A stretch of DNA of 64,000 nucleotides from Eledone cirrhosa. Taxonomy: Eukaryota. The notes beneath the pieces are model-generated. The model searched no databases. It was given only the letters and a program-made list of their open reading frames with translations, and was not told the DNA's origin. How positions within the stretch are numbered: position 1 is the stretch's first letter; every line of letters begins with the position of its first letter. The stretch covers positions 143,220,001-143,284,000 of the forward strand of contig OZ024741.1 of assembly GCA_964016885.1 (NCBI GenBank), written 5' to 3'. Positions 1 through 10,645 of the stretch are shown piece after piece. Made by a program: the position numbers and the translations under genes.

Positions 1-60
1 GTCGTGGTGGCCAATTTTATCGCTGAGGTCGATAAATCGAAAAAAGAAATCATCGCCGTG

Positions 61-255
61 TGTATTTGCAGAATCGTTAGAACGTCGAACAAAATGCCTT
101 AAAGTATTTGTTTCGGTTTGTTGCGTTCTGAGTACAAATCTCGTCGAAGTCGATTTTGTCTTTCATCCTACCGAGATCGATAAAATAAAGTACTAGTCAA
201 GTACAAGAGTTCATTTAATCGACTAACTCCTTGGGCCTATATTAAAAATAATTAT
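61..255 (+). mobile_element. tRNA-derived SINE (decayed copy)
   Basis: A/B-box-like head (GCAGAATCGTTAG...GAGTACAAATC) and the shared core CTTTCATCCT...GATAAAATAAAGTAC. Confidence 0.75.
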
Positions 256-485
256 CAAGCTGAAGTTACAATATCGGTAGCTCATTTCCAACTGATTTCC
301 TTGGAAAAAACCTGAATACCACATTTTATTTACCTTCCTCTATTGAGCTTAGTTGAGAACGAGGTTATTATGATTGTAAACAGTTATCTTGAATTAACAG
401 TTCAAAAGTGGAAATGTTGCTGCGAGAAAAGGGAACAGGTTAACATTTCGGGACGACGATATCTATCGTTAGTTTTCCTCAGCAA

Positions 486-868
486 AATAATAATTATTTC
501 TACTTTTGGCACAAGGCCAACAATTATCTCAGTGCATTACTGGTACTTTATTTTATCGACCCCGTAAGGATGAAAGGCCAATAATAATTGTTTCTACTTT
601 TGACACAAGGCCAGCAATTATCTCAGTGCATTACTGGTACTTTATTTTATCGACCCCGTAAGGATGAAAGGCCAATAATAATTGTTTCTACTTTTGACAC
701 AAGGCCAGCAATTATCTCAGTGCATTACTGGTACTTTATTTTGTCGACCCCGTAAGGATGAAATTCAAAGTTAACCTCGGCGGGATTTGAACTCAGAATG
801 GCAAGGGCCGTAACTCTATGCGTCAAAGCATGGCGTCCGATCCTCTACCAATGCTGCCAATCACCTGC
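486..868 (-). mobile_element. SINE with two extra tandem 3' units (94-bp period)
   Basis: Units start at 486, 580 and 674. The last continues into the full tRNA-like head ending near 868. Confidence 0.9.
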
Positions 869-3033
869 AGGCATACCTATCTAAATATATATTTAATCTA
901 GTAGACTCTCATGTCCTTTGAAAAAATAAACAGATGTTACTTCGTGGTACAGGCATACAGAATAGCGAATGTAACAAGAGATATGGATTGAAAGAACCAG
1001 GTCGCGGGGCTTTGTAAAAAATATTAAGTGTGATTGAATAAAGTAAATGAACTAAGCCAAGTTTGGTGTATTGTAAGAGTTGACTTGAGGGCTCGTGCTT
1101 CGGACTGGTGTGGTCTTGTATTAGCAAGAGAAATTATGCCCACGAGCAAAATATGAGTGGACACGCTATTTCAACTATCCTCGATTCTTCAGTGATTTTA
1201 TAAGGTTATTTTTTTTCAGCGGAAAATTCGTTTCCCTACCTTTTGTATTAATTCTCATATCACACTTACTGTCATATGCGTATTCATTTGATGGAAAAAA
1301 TAGCAGCTTAACAAGCTGTATTGCAGAATTGCATTATAACTGGTGAACATCACGCACAACCCGCATCATCTCATTTGACCCGCCGTACCACTCTCTCAGG
1401 ATGTAATGGCACTTTTGAGTCCTTGAGTTTGTGACCTTACTCTACAAGGTCGTTCGGCTTGCTAGAAACTACAGCCAACACATCATTCCTTACAAAAAAA
1501 GGACATATTGGCCAGTGTAGTCCTAGATACAGAAAAGACGGCGTGGTTGAGAAAACTTTCATCGGGGTTGAGAAAACTAAATGATTGCGAGTCTAAGTTG
1601 TCAAATGAACTGCTGGAAATAGCAGCTAAATCTGCTTCAAATCTTTTTAATAGAACGACATTAGATAATGTAGTTCTTGTCTTAGATATACACTATAATT
1701 GAAAACCGACGGTATCATCCGGTTCAGATAGTTTTGATCATAATAAGCCCGCTCGACAAGGAGATGAGTTTTGTTTGTTTATTCTTTTCTCTCTAGAACC
1801 TTCTTGGATGTTCTTTTTGTGAAATAAAGAGGTTATCATAGTGATTTCTTTTAGACACAAGGCTAGCAATCTGTTGGGGTTTTTTGGGGGGGGAGGGGGG
1901 GGGTCGATTACCCAAACTTTATCGCAAAGTTAACTTGATTTTGTTAACTGAATTTGACCATAAAGAATTGGAGCAAATACCGTAAAGCATTCTATCCGAC
2001 GCTCTATCGATTCTGCCAATCTTCCGCTTTCATTTCTTTATTTAATAATAATTTCTACTTTAAATACAAGGCTATGAATTTGGGGGAGAGGGAAAGCTGA
2101 CTACATCGACCTCAGTACTTGATTGTACTTTATTTTATCGACTCCAGAAGGATAAACGGCAAAGTTAACTTCGGCAGGATTTAAAGTCAGAACATAAATA
2201 ATCGGAAAAATATTCTGTTTCGCATTTAATGTTTGTGTTTTTTTCTTTTTTTTTTTTCTTCATTCTCTATTTAAAACGTGTTGATTTTAAATATTAGAAT
2301 AAATATTCTTTTTAACTGACCCAAACTCCTCAAACTATATATATATGTATGTGTGAAAGCAGCGATTCTTTGCTTAAACTTTAATCTGTTATTTTAATAA
2401 ATATATATATATACATACATACACGCACACACATGTACAATAAAATACCAATAGGAATTATTTGAGCCAGTAAGTGTCTGTCAACGTGGTTGCTCGATTT
2501 ACTAGAAATAGCTGCCAAGCCTATTTCTCTCCAATCACCGTGTAAAAAAGGAAAAAATGGTTGATGTAAACTACGTACACCCAAGGCCAGAAATAAAGGC
2601 GTGATGATTACGAAATACTTTTGATCATAGGTCTACTTGATAAGAGCTGACCTGGGTTTAAGCAACTGTATATACATATAACAGGGAGACAACCCTTTCG
2701 GTATCATATTTCTAATGAACTGCACCAATTACGTTTTTCAATTAATTTTTATAAATAGTTAACAATTTTAAAGCATTTAGTAAAATAATTAACCATATTA
2801 TTAAGCTGACATTTAGTATATATAACTTAACAAATATATTCTTCGATAACATTTTTTATTTCGATATAAATAATTTAAAACAGGAATTGGGGCGAATTGA
2901 AATTAAAACGGTTAATCCATCACATGATTTAACACAACCAGCTGGTCCTTGGATGCCTTTAACACTCAACAAGGGTAGTCACATTTTTGATATATTAGGT
3001 GATTTTCATGGAAGGTGGAGGGTAATTCTAGAC

Positions 3034-3961
3034 CAGTGGTTCCCAACCTTTTGTACCCCATGCCCCACCTCAACATCTCAAATCATCATCATCATCATCA
3101 TCAACGTTTAACGTCCGTGTTCCACGCTTGCATGGGTTTGGACGGGGGTATTCCCACTTGAGGCAAGAGTGATTGTCTTGCTTGCATAGGACTGTCTGGC
3201 AGGTTTTCTACAGTTGGATGCCCTTCCTAACACCAACCACATTTACAGTGTGGGTCTGGGAGGTTTTTACCGTGTTGCCTACACGGCCACATTACAGCGT
3301 GGACTGTGTGTTTTTTTGTCGTGACACCTACACGATCTCATTTGTTTCGGCCTGGATGGCGCGCCACCAACATAATGGCGCGGCACCAACATAACTTTAC
3401 ATAGTACGGGGTGGTGTGGATGGGGTGGGTGGGTGGGGGGGGGGGGGTATTTTGTTAGAGATGCCTACTGGCTGTAGTAGGTTTTACTATGTATTTAGGT
3501 AAGGCGGGTCTTCTCTGTTACTGAGTACCGCCAAAGGTCTCGGTCCAGTGACATTGTCTTGGAGAGGTGTAAGTGTGTGAGGTCGGAGTTTATCAGCTCG
3601 TCCCAGGTTTTTCTAGGTCTGCCTATTCCGTGGCTACCGTCTATCTTTATTGCCCTGCACTTTGTTATACAGCTATCGACTTTATTTTTATAAAATATTT
3701 GATCAAATACTTTGATATAAAAACTGATGATTAACTACAAAGTGTAAAAAGAATTGGCGTATAGGTGATGCCAGAGGCACAATAACGTGTGGAGGAGGTG
3801 AGACAGGAGTTTCCGACAGTAATTTGTTCCAAAATTGCCTTGGTGTAAAAGTAATAAGATAAAACCTGAAATTTGCTCTCATTAACATCATTTTCAAATT
3901 GCACCTTTGAATATTCAAATTGATCCCCTATGGGGTGTGTGCCTCACGTTGGAAATCACTG
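3034..3961. mobile_element. hAT (Charlie-like) MITE interrupted by an RTE insertion
   Basis: TIRs CAGTGGTTCCCAAC...GTTGGAAATCACTG. 8-bp TSD TTCTAGAC (3026-3033) and CTCTAGAC (3962-3969), matching the NTCTAGAN target preference. Confidence 0.85.
3083..3680 (-). mobile_element. 5'-truncated RTE copy, same young subfamily as 10646-14281
   Basis: Reverse complement closely matches about 13587-14280, including the (GAT)n tail. Confidence 0.92.
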
Positions 3962-4493
3962 CTCTAGACCCATCTGAGAGGCATAAGCTTTAGCTTGTCT
4001 TTAGTGAAGAACACTCAGTAACATAGCTAAGAAGGTGAGGCAGTCCATGCCAAGGTGACACTTTATAGGGATGGCACTTATATAAGCCTATGCAGGCTGT
4101 ATTAAAATAAAAGTGGTTTTAATGTCTGTGGAAATGGGGCAAACTCAAGAGCTGTTCCGAGCAGCCCACACTCAAGTCACACCATTGAGACCACTATGTT
4201 TCAAGCATTCAAAAGAGATCTACGGTTTCTTCCTCCCTTTCACCCAGCACCAGTCTTGGAGGCCCTACCCTCGCTAGTGTTGGTGTTATGATAAGATGTA
4301 TCTAGTCCACCTTAAAGTGGTAGTGCTGGTGCCATGATAAAACACCCAGCCCATGCCACTATAAAATGCACCCAGTACACTCTGTAACATAGTAGTGCAT
4401 GAAAAAATGCACCCAGTACACCTTGTAAAGTGGTTAGTGTTTGGAAGGGCATTTATGCCAAATATGGAATGTATGAACAAGACTTTGTATTAA

Positions 4494-4650
4494 CTCTTAA
4501 CATCCTGCTCAGAATGAAACTGCATTTGCAAGATATTCTGTAAATTTCTGCAACAATCTGTCCACTAGTAATGATGCTATAAAGAAACATTTGAATTAAA
4601 CAAATCTGTTTTTAGGTATTTTCTGCTCAATCATTACTGGGTATAAAGAG
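4494..4650. mobile_element. Possible piggyBac-like MITE
   Basis: TTAA on both sides and short imperfect CTCTT/AAGAG termini. Confidence 0.45.
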
Positions 4651-6489
4651 TTAATAGCCATATGAGTGAGATTTTGAAAATCCCTTTTGTCTTCTAACAT
4701 TCTTAACAGGTGAATTATTTCAGGGTGATAAATGTTTACACTCACATTTCTAAACTTAAAATGTATATATTTAAAAATTTAATCACAAATGTTTCTTTTT
4801 CGGAATGGATTATATCCATAAGAAGAACTACTAGAAGTTTTCAAAACACATTAAGTCCCAAAAAAAGAACACAAAACAACTATATCCTTAGCCACAATCA
4901 CATATTTTTGAGTATCCAGCCAAATTCATTATGACAACTTCCCTAGTGTTGGTGATTTACACAATAAATGTACCCAATACTCTGTAATGTGGTTGGTGAT
5001 AGGGAGGGCATCAAACAAAGGGTCGGGAAGACTTTTTAGCTATGCAAAAGACATGACAACTTCCCTAGTGTTAGTGCCACAATAAAATGCAATCAGAGTA
5101 TGGATTCATATGCCAGACTCTTGGCCCTGGTCTGAGGTCTGAGGTTCCACTTGAGTACTGACCGGTCTGTGGCAACACATCCAACTCTTGCTAGCAGGGA
5201 AAACAAGCATTAAATGATGATGATAATCTCTGAAAATAGCATTTCATAAGAAATTGGTTAGCAGTGACAGTTGGAAACAAAGGCATTCATGCTGTTTATT
5301 GCAAGATTTGTCAACTGGGCTTACAAAATTCTCCCATATTTATCAAAGAATTTCTGAATACGGGGTGGCAAAATCACATAATACAGAAGTTCTGGCATTT
5401 TTCAATGTTGAACAGGAAAGGCATATAAAATATTTGTTGGCAAAGGAAACCAACAATGTGTGGCAGAAGCAGCTTTTTTTTTTCTTTAATATTATTATTA
5501 TATACTGATTTATTTCAACTCATGTCCTCATCTTGGTTTTTGTAATCACATTTCAGCTGTTGTACTTTCCAACCTTCTTCTGGTGCCTGATAACAGTCAC
5601 AGAATTTCAAACTGAACCCAATATTCAAACCATACACTAAATTATTCCCATTTTGCAATAACTTTAATATTTCCACACACAGAAATGCAGACAAAAAGAA
5701 AAAAATTGTTATAGTCCAAATATTAAATAAATTTATTTGTTTCAAATTTTGTATTGTTAAGTGGATTTCATTACCATATTTCTAATAGAATTGAGTTTTG
5801 TCTTTAGAAACACAGTGGCCAATTGGTAGAGTTGTTAGGGCATCATATTTGTTTTGGCCCACTGCTGAGAGCAACTTTGCTTTTCATCCTTTGAAGGTTA
5901 ATTTATAAAGTACCAGTGCAATTACAGGCATTGATTCTTCCTATCTCTCTCTTACTGAAGAACAAATCAGTTGTGTTATAATCTGGAAAAGGATAGACCT
6001 CACCAGGTTTAAAATGTGTCAGGGCAGAACCCCTATGACTGACTCCATCATCATTAAAGGAGGGCACTTTACCTACTTCCAGAAACATATCCTAATAGCT
6101 ACAACATGTTGTGTATGGTCACCTTATCCACTCAGTCAGCCAGCATTTACTATGTACTATGTGATGAGATTGACGATGGCGTTGATACTAATGAATTTGA
6201 GGGAGAAACTCTATAATTCAGAATAGAAAGTGACAGAACAAATACCATAGGCATGACATCCCACTCTTTAACAAATAATCCAGACAACCACTCTGGACTG
6301 GTGATTTATTTATAAACTCAAAAAAGATGAAAAGCGAAGTTGACCCCAGCAGGATTTGAACTCAGTTTGCAAAATATTCTCTCTGCCTTGTGAGGATGCA
6401 TCTCTCTTCAGAGAGATGAACCCTAGATGAGTTCTTGATAACAGATATGGAGGGGGACTTCTTATTACAAATTAAGCAGATTATCTAAA

Positions 6490-6905
6490 GTCCTCCCATG
6501 CAAGTGGCCAAAATGGGGTTCCTTTAAAAGATATTTGCAGTGATGTTACTCAATAGGGTGCATAGCTCAGAGATCAAGGTGTCACACCAAGTAGAGCTGC
6601 TACTTCTCTAAATCGAGAGATCACACCTCCAATACTACAGACATTTGGTTAGAGTGCCTAAGGAAAGAATCGCTGGACAGATTTTATGAACAAAGCCACC
6701 CAGTTGGAAACATAGAAATAGACCTTGGGCAAGATGGTTGGATAACATCTATGAGCTCAGTTAGTCTCACTTGGGGATCCAGCTGGATCAATTGGAGACA
6801 GTTGCTTCTGATAGGATCCTGCAGAAGGCTTGGTTGAGGACTCTGCCCCCATGACCCCCCCCCCCCCCCATGTATGTGGGCAAAGAAGAGGAGGAGGAGG
6901 AGGAA
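6490..6905 (+). mobile_element. 3' fragment of a second RTE-type LINE family
   Basis: Decayed RTE C-terminal coding (GHLVR-like, RP.ARWLDNI). Homologous to 19284-19700 and 61020-61510. Confidence 0.65.
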
Positions 6906-7077
6906 ACATCAAGAACAACCACCATTGCCACCGTAAGGTATTTTGCCCTATACCTTAATGCTTCCACCAATTCACTTTTCAGCTGTAATTCTCCTTTGCC
7001 TTTTTTTTTTCTTCAAATATATTTAAGACTAATTTTTTCTCTTCTATTTTTTTTGCCTCCTTTTCTATACTGAAGTA

Positions 7078-7287
7078 ATGAAGATATCTGAGTTAACACA
7101 TGCGATGATATGTGTAGCCAAAAAAGGATCAGACATAGCCACAATTATCCGTTCTGAAGATGCCCTGCTACATTTATTGGTCGAAGAGAAAACTGGAAAC
7201 CAGAAAAACGCAAGATTTGTGCAAGACTTCAAAACATTGGCAGATGTTTTGATCCAAGAAACTGTCCGCTATGATCTGAATCAAAAG
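7078..7287 (+). CDS. INPP1: Inositol polyphosphate 1-phosphatase, coding exon 1
   Basis: MKISELTHAMIC...LLVEEKTGNQKNARFVQDFKTLADVLIQETVRYDLNQK matches the INPP1 N-terminus (DFKTLADVL motif). Polypyrimidine tract plus AG at 7074-7075 implies an upstream non-coding exon. Donor GTATGT at 7288, phase 0. Confidence 0.95.
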
Positions 7288-7313
7288 GTATGTTAATTTT
7301 CATCCATTGTATA

Positions 7314-8218
7314 TCTATAGGTTGTCTGTCTGTCTGTCTACTAAAACGGTCGGCACACATCTCCTCCTAAACTGTACGTTCAAATTTCGGTGAAATTGCT
7401 ACACTTATAGATGAAGGTCAAATCAACCCACGCCAAGTGCAAAAATCGAATTTGTAATGTATTGATTTTTCAGTTCAAATGTATAAATAGAGATGAGTTA
7501 TTTCCCTTTTATGGCGTTATTCTGTCTGTCTGTCTATTTACGTTACGAATATACGACGCGTGCAAAAGTACAAAAATACGTGAACAGTTTTGGGACCAGC
7601 AAAATTTTAACCTGCAAAATTCATGAGTTCGAAGTTTCAACATTAAGCTTCCATTTTGCTTCATTTCCATTAAAAAGTCTTTTAAAACAATACTTTAAAA
7701 CAATACTTGAAAACAATACTTGAAAACAAGCCTATTTGAATACACCGTAAAACAAGCAAATATTTTGTAAAAAAAAGCATTGATCTCGAATAAAGCCTTA
7801 TAAGATTTTCATTTAGAAGCAATGATTTTAAACGACAGACAGATAACGCATTTTTTTTGGGGGGGGGGGGGGGGGTTCATGTCCATCCAAATTCTTTGTT
7901 TCAAAATAACTGATAGTTAGGTTACACTGATGTTTTTCTCTGAGCCAAGTGTGGCAGTGTTTACATTTTCGATTTTTGTTAATAGATTACCAGTGCAGTT
8001 TTTATCCCCATCATCCTCTGTTGTTTTAACATTCGGTTTATGGTTATGTTTTCTTAACTTCATAAGGCATACTGTTGGTTGAGGGAATATTAATCAAAAG
8101 TACCACATGAAAGTCTACACTGTAGACTCTACAGTTTTTAAACCAAGAAAGGAACTTAACATTGTAACTTTAACACAGCTACTGAGCAGCCCCGAGCAAC
8201 GCCAGGCTTTACTGCTAG
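7314..8218 (+). mobile_element. Non-autonomous Helitron
   Basis: A|TC 5' end, (TGTC)n near the start, GC-rich subterminal hairpin-like motif (about 8189-8207) and CTAG|T 3' end. Confidence 0.75.
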
Positions 8219-9512
8219 TATATATATATAAGTGTTGTTTTTGACCACAGGTGTTAGGTGCTTTGGTGATCAGTGCAGTAGAGTTGTTTATTGGTAGACT
8301 ATGTAAATATTGTTTTTTAACTGTTTAGGGAAAGAAAATGCCCAAGACCCTTTTCAGAGTCTTTGAAATTGGTGGGAAGAAGGTTCTTCAAACCAGAGAC
8401 ATGGTTCTAATGTTGGCAACAGAGTAAACTTCACTAAAGGCACCCAAAAGGTCAGGTGATGATGGTAAACCAGATGATTAAATCTACTACCTTAGTAAGC
8501 TATAGCAGGATTTGAACTCGAAATGCAAAGAGCTGGAACAAATACATCTTGTTGGTTATTTTAATAATTCTGACAATCCACCACCCTGGACCCAGGATTG
8601 GTATTTTATTTTAGTGATTCTGAAAATCAAAGTTGACTTCAGCAAGATTTAAATTCAGTAAGCTGAAGTATTTAAAACAAGTATTTAAAATCCATTTTCT
8701 CAGGGGTTTGTCATGTAAGTTCCATGACAAGCTTCTCCATTTTACCCTATCATCTACATCACCCCCTCACCAAGCCCCTGGCTTTCATTTTATCCTCAAT
8801 CATCTGTAGTCATGTCTTTCTTGGTCTTCTACTTTCTTTCACATTCATTTCTATCACTCCTCTTACCCAGATATTTTCATCCTTCCTCAAAACATTACCT
8901 AACCTTCTCCTATTTCTCTTCACATTTACCATTGACGCTATTCCTCTCAGTGACATTGATCATTTCTCAGCACATGACCCAACCATCTCATTCCATTTCT
9001 CTTCACAACATTTATCACTGGCTCTATTCCCGTCACTGAGTTACTTTTATCCTTCCTCAACACTTGACCCAACTATCTCATTCCATTTCTTATCACATCA
9101 CTGGTTCTATTCCTCTCTCATCCAGCCAATTTCATCATTCCTCAATGCATGACCCAACCATCTCAGCATTTATTACTAGATTCTCTCCTCTCACCCAGTC
9201 ACATTCATTATTCCCCAACACACAACCCAACCATCTCATCCATTTCTCTTCACTCAAAGAACTGTCCAACTTCATAGCCTATAGGAGCAAAATGGTCAAC
9301 TAATCATATTATTAGGCTTCCAGTTGCAAAATTTTATTTCAGTCAAACTGTTGAAATTTTCTCACATATTTTGACTATAAAGATACCTAAATAATAAGGT
9401 TATTATCATGAGCTCTTTTGATATCAACCTGGCCAAAGCCAGCACTGATTTTATGAAACAGAATCACACTTTTTAAATTAAAGGGTTTCTATTTAGATTA
9501 AAATCGTTCAAC

Positions 9513-9670
9513 ATAATATAATTGTTTCTTCTTTTGGCACAAGGCCAGCAATTATCCCAGTGCATTACTGGTGCTTTATTTTATCAACCCCGGGATTTGA
9601 ACTTAGACCGTAAAGGGTCGTAACTCTATGCTACAAAGTATGGCGTCTGACCCTCTTCTGATACTGCCAA
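9513..9670 (-). mobile_element. tRNA-derived SINE (internally deleted)
   Basis: Same tail, core and head as 486-868. Confidence 0.8.
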
Positions 9671-9931
9671 CATAATATAATGCAAGAACTATCTGTAAAG
9701 ATGAGCATAACCTCATACATCTAAGATGAAAAGAAGAGCAATGGAATTAATTCTGTTTCCTGCTGAGCTTCCTGTTTGTATCATCATTATAATTAAATAA
9801 ATGACTAATTAATTTAATCGAGTGATATTATATCTCACTTAATCGAAATGTTCGTCAAAATAAATTATTTTAACTGAGTAAAGCCTTTGGTTACTTTCTC
9901 TGAAATGAATGTATATATATATATATATATA

Positions 9932-10186
9932 TTTCATATGTAACCCATTTGCAGCGCCGCAGCTCCATTATTATCATATTTACACATATATTTTTTCCTC
10001 CGCTGCCACCAGTCTGTTTCGTTCTTTGTGTCTTTACCCTTTCTAGCAGTCTCTCTCTCTCTGTTAGCCTCTTCCTCACCTTTCACTCACTCACTCTCTG
10101 TCACTACCTCTCCTCCTCCCCTTTCTTCCCGTTTGACCTGTCCGCATTCTTTTCTCGCGCGCTCTTGGCCAAGCCGGTATGAATTT

Positions 10187-10224
<38 letters not shown>

Positions 10225-10630
10225 GCGACATCACAGAACTTATGTTTACCGAATTCGCAGACCAGACCCCTTCTTCCTCCCGTTAGACCTGTGCGAAATT
10301 CCTTCCTTGCTCACATTTCAACCAGGTTTGATGGTCTTTAGTCTCTCGTTCACGATTTCACCGAACTTATATTCATAGAAATCTGGGACTTGTTTCTTTC
10401 TTCATCACTTTCTGTTGCTTAAACCATTTTGTTTGTTTACCCTAGCGTCCCCTTTATTTACGTGTCCCAACGACTTTTTTTAGCCGTTGCTCACACCAAC
10501 CTGAGGTATATGGCCTTTAAAGCGATGAAATGCCTACGACGGTTGGAAGGCCACTGATGAAGGACAAACTTTTTCATATGTAACCCATTTGCAACGCCGC
10601 AGCTCCATTATTATCATATTTACATATATA
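9932..10630. repeat. 640-bp unit bounded by 59-bp direct repeats, between (TA)n tracts
   Basis: 9932-9990 and 10572-10630 differ at 2 positions. The interior retains CpG and includes CT microsatellites. Confidence 0.85.
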
Positions 10631-10645
10631 TATATATATATATAT

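Noticed and set aside
909-1127. Minus-strand ORF in the putative promoter region
   Set aside because: No recognisable protein similarity in any frame and a non-ATG start.
8724-9303. Hydrophobic 142-aa ORF and overlapping ORFs
   Set aside because: Pyrimidine-rich decayed repeat with a recurring CATGACCCAACCATCTCA unit. No splice or homology support.
10385-10415. Minus-strand GUGAUGA...GAAAC..GUC hammerhead-like words
   Set aside because: No stem II can form between the motifs. Likely chance in purine-rich sequence.
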